NCBI GenBank assembly: GCA_963715265.1
Contig: CAVQRQ010000012.1
Location: 7,387-71,386 of the forward strand
Origin: an uncultured Acidobacteriota bacterium
GTDB taxonomy: Bacteria; Acidobacteriota; Vicinamibacteria; Vicinamibacterales; Vicinamibacteraceae
Reading direction: 5' to 3'
Length of the DNA stretch: 64,000 nucleotides
A program made the translations under genes and the position numbers. Each line of letters starts with the position of its first letter. The first letter of the stretch is position 1. Shown here one piece after another: positions 63,280 through 64,000 of this stretch. The notes under the pieces are model-generated. The model had not been told where the DNA came from and searched no databases. It was given only the letters and a program-made list of their open reading frames with translations.

Positions 63280-63998
63280 TACCACTCGCCCTCGCTGAGT
63301 GTCGACGTGCAGGCCTGGCCAGACAGCGCGGCGCCGCAACGCCGGGCACCGCACGACTCGCGCACGATCAGCGAGCACTGCACGAAGATGTCCCGAGCGG
63401 GACGTCCGGGATGTGCCAACCGTTCCAGCATCGCGGCCACGGCCGCTTCGCCGATCTGGCGAACCGGCTGCCGCATCGTCGTCAGGCGCACGGGCAGCCA
63501 GGCAGCGTAGTCCACGTCGTCCACGCCGACGAGTCTCACGTCCTCAGGAATCCGACGACCGAGGACGAGAAGGGCGCGCATCAGTTCGGCCGCACCGCGG
63601 TCGTGGGCGCACACCACCGCGTCCGGGGAGAACTCGTCGAGGTAGACCGACAGGGCTCTCCTGTCGATCGGCCAGGGAACAGGCCGCGCGGCCAGCGTCT
63701 GATCAGCCCCCAACACCTCGACGGCTTCGCGGTAGCCGGCCCGTCTGGCGGCGATCGTGGACACACTGCCCGTATCGCCGAGGAACGCCACGCGGCCCGC
63801 GCCTGCCCCAATGACGTGCTCCGTGATGGCGAACCCGACGCGCCTGTTGTCGATCCCCACCAGGTCGTAGCTCCCCCGCCGCGGGTACGGATGGACCGAG
63901 CGATCGAGGAGGACGACTGGAATACGCGCTTCGTCCAGGGCCGCCGCAATCATCACGTTGGTCGAATCACCCGGTGGCAGACCCTCGAGGGGCGCGAA
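63279..63998 (-). CDS. LacI/GntR(AraR)-type regulator, ligand-binding domain (5' end truncated by the window edge)
   Basis: IPVVLLDR, VGIDN, IPEDVRLVGVDD, LTTMRQP, LIVRESC. Confidence 0.85.
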   Translation of the reverse strand, partial: FAPLEGLPPGDSTNVMIAAALDEARIPVVLLDRSVHPYPRRGSYDLVGIDNRRVGFAITEHVIGAGAGRVAFLGDTGSVSTIAARRAGYREAVEVLGADQTLAARPVPWPIDRRALSVYLDEFSPDAVVCAHDRGAAELMRALLVLGRRIPEDVRLVGVDDVDYAAWLPVRLTTMRQPVRQIGEAAVAAMLERLAHPGRPARDIFVQCSLIVRESCGARRCGAALSGQACTSTLSEGEW

Positions 63999-64000
63999 AA

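Overview
This is a very GC-rich bacterial chromosomal segment. The gene content suggests Acidobacteriota, most likely Vicinamibacteria (inference from the fused LptF-LptG, the PadR type and the BMC aldehyde dehydrogenase). Gene order: tolA/tonB-tolR-tolQ; recN-miaB-DUF151-parA-parB, followed directly by a well-formed dif (XerCD) site; a CPA2 antiporter; fused lptFG; xerD and padR; an 8-gene operon of MoxR, DUF58, BatA, two membrane proteins and Tat-TldD/TldE/Tat-TldD; a MurNAc/GlcNAc recycling locus; a T2SS/T4P-like cluster with an Ig-domain lipoprotein and an ammonium locus (porin, NifA-like activator, amtB, glnK) in its middle; a BMC shell protein with an aldehyde dehydrogenase; mltD-like, comM, M23 peptidase, secA, guaB; two tandem PIG-L deacetylases; and a partial LacI/GntR regulator. 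I saw no rRNA, tRNA, CRISPR array or transposase. The best candidates for undescribed systems are (1) a non-canonical ParAB pair next to dif with a candidate direct-repeat centromere, (2) a Tat-exported TldDE protease operon with a MoxR/VWA chaperone module and a Cys-to-Asp metal-ligand swap, and (3) a sigma54 ammonium regulon with a paired GACA-N4-TGTC operator. Clustered frameshifts (34.5-38.4 kb, about 52.3 kb, 60.1-60.9 kb) look like assembly errors. Family assignments come from motif recognition only; no database searches were run.
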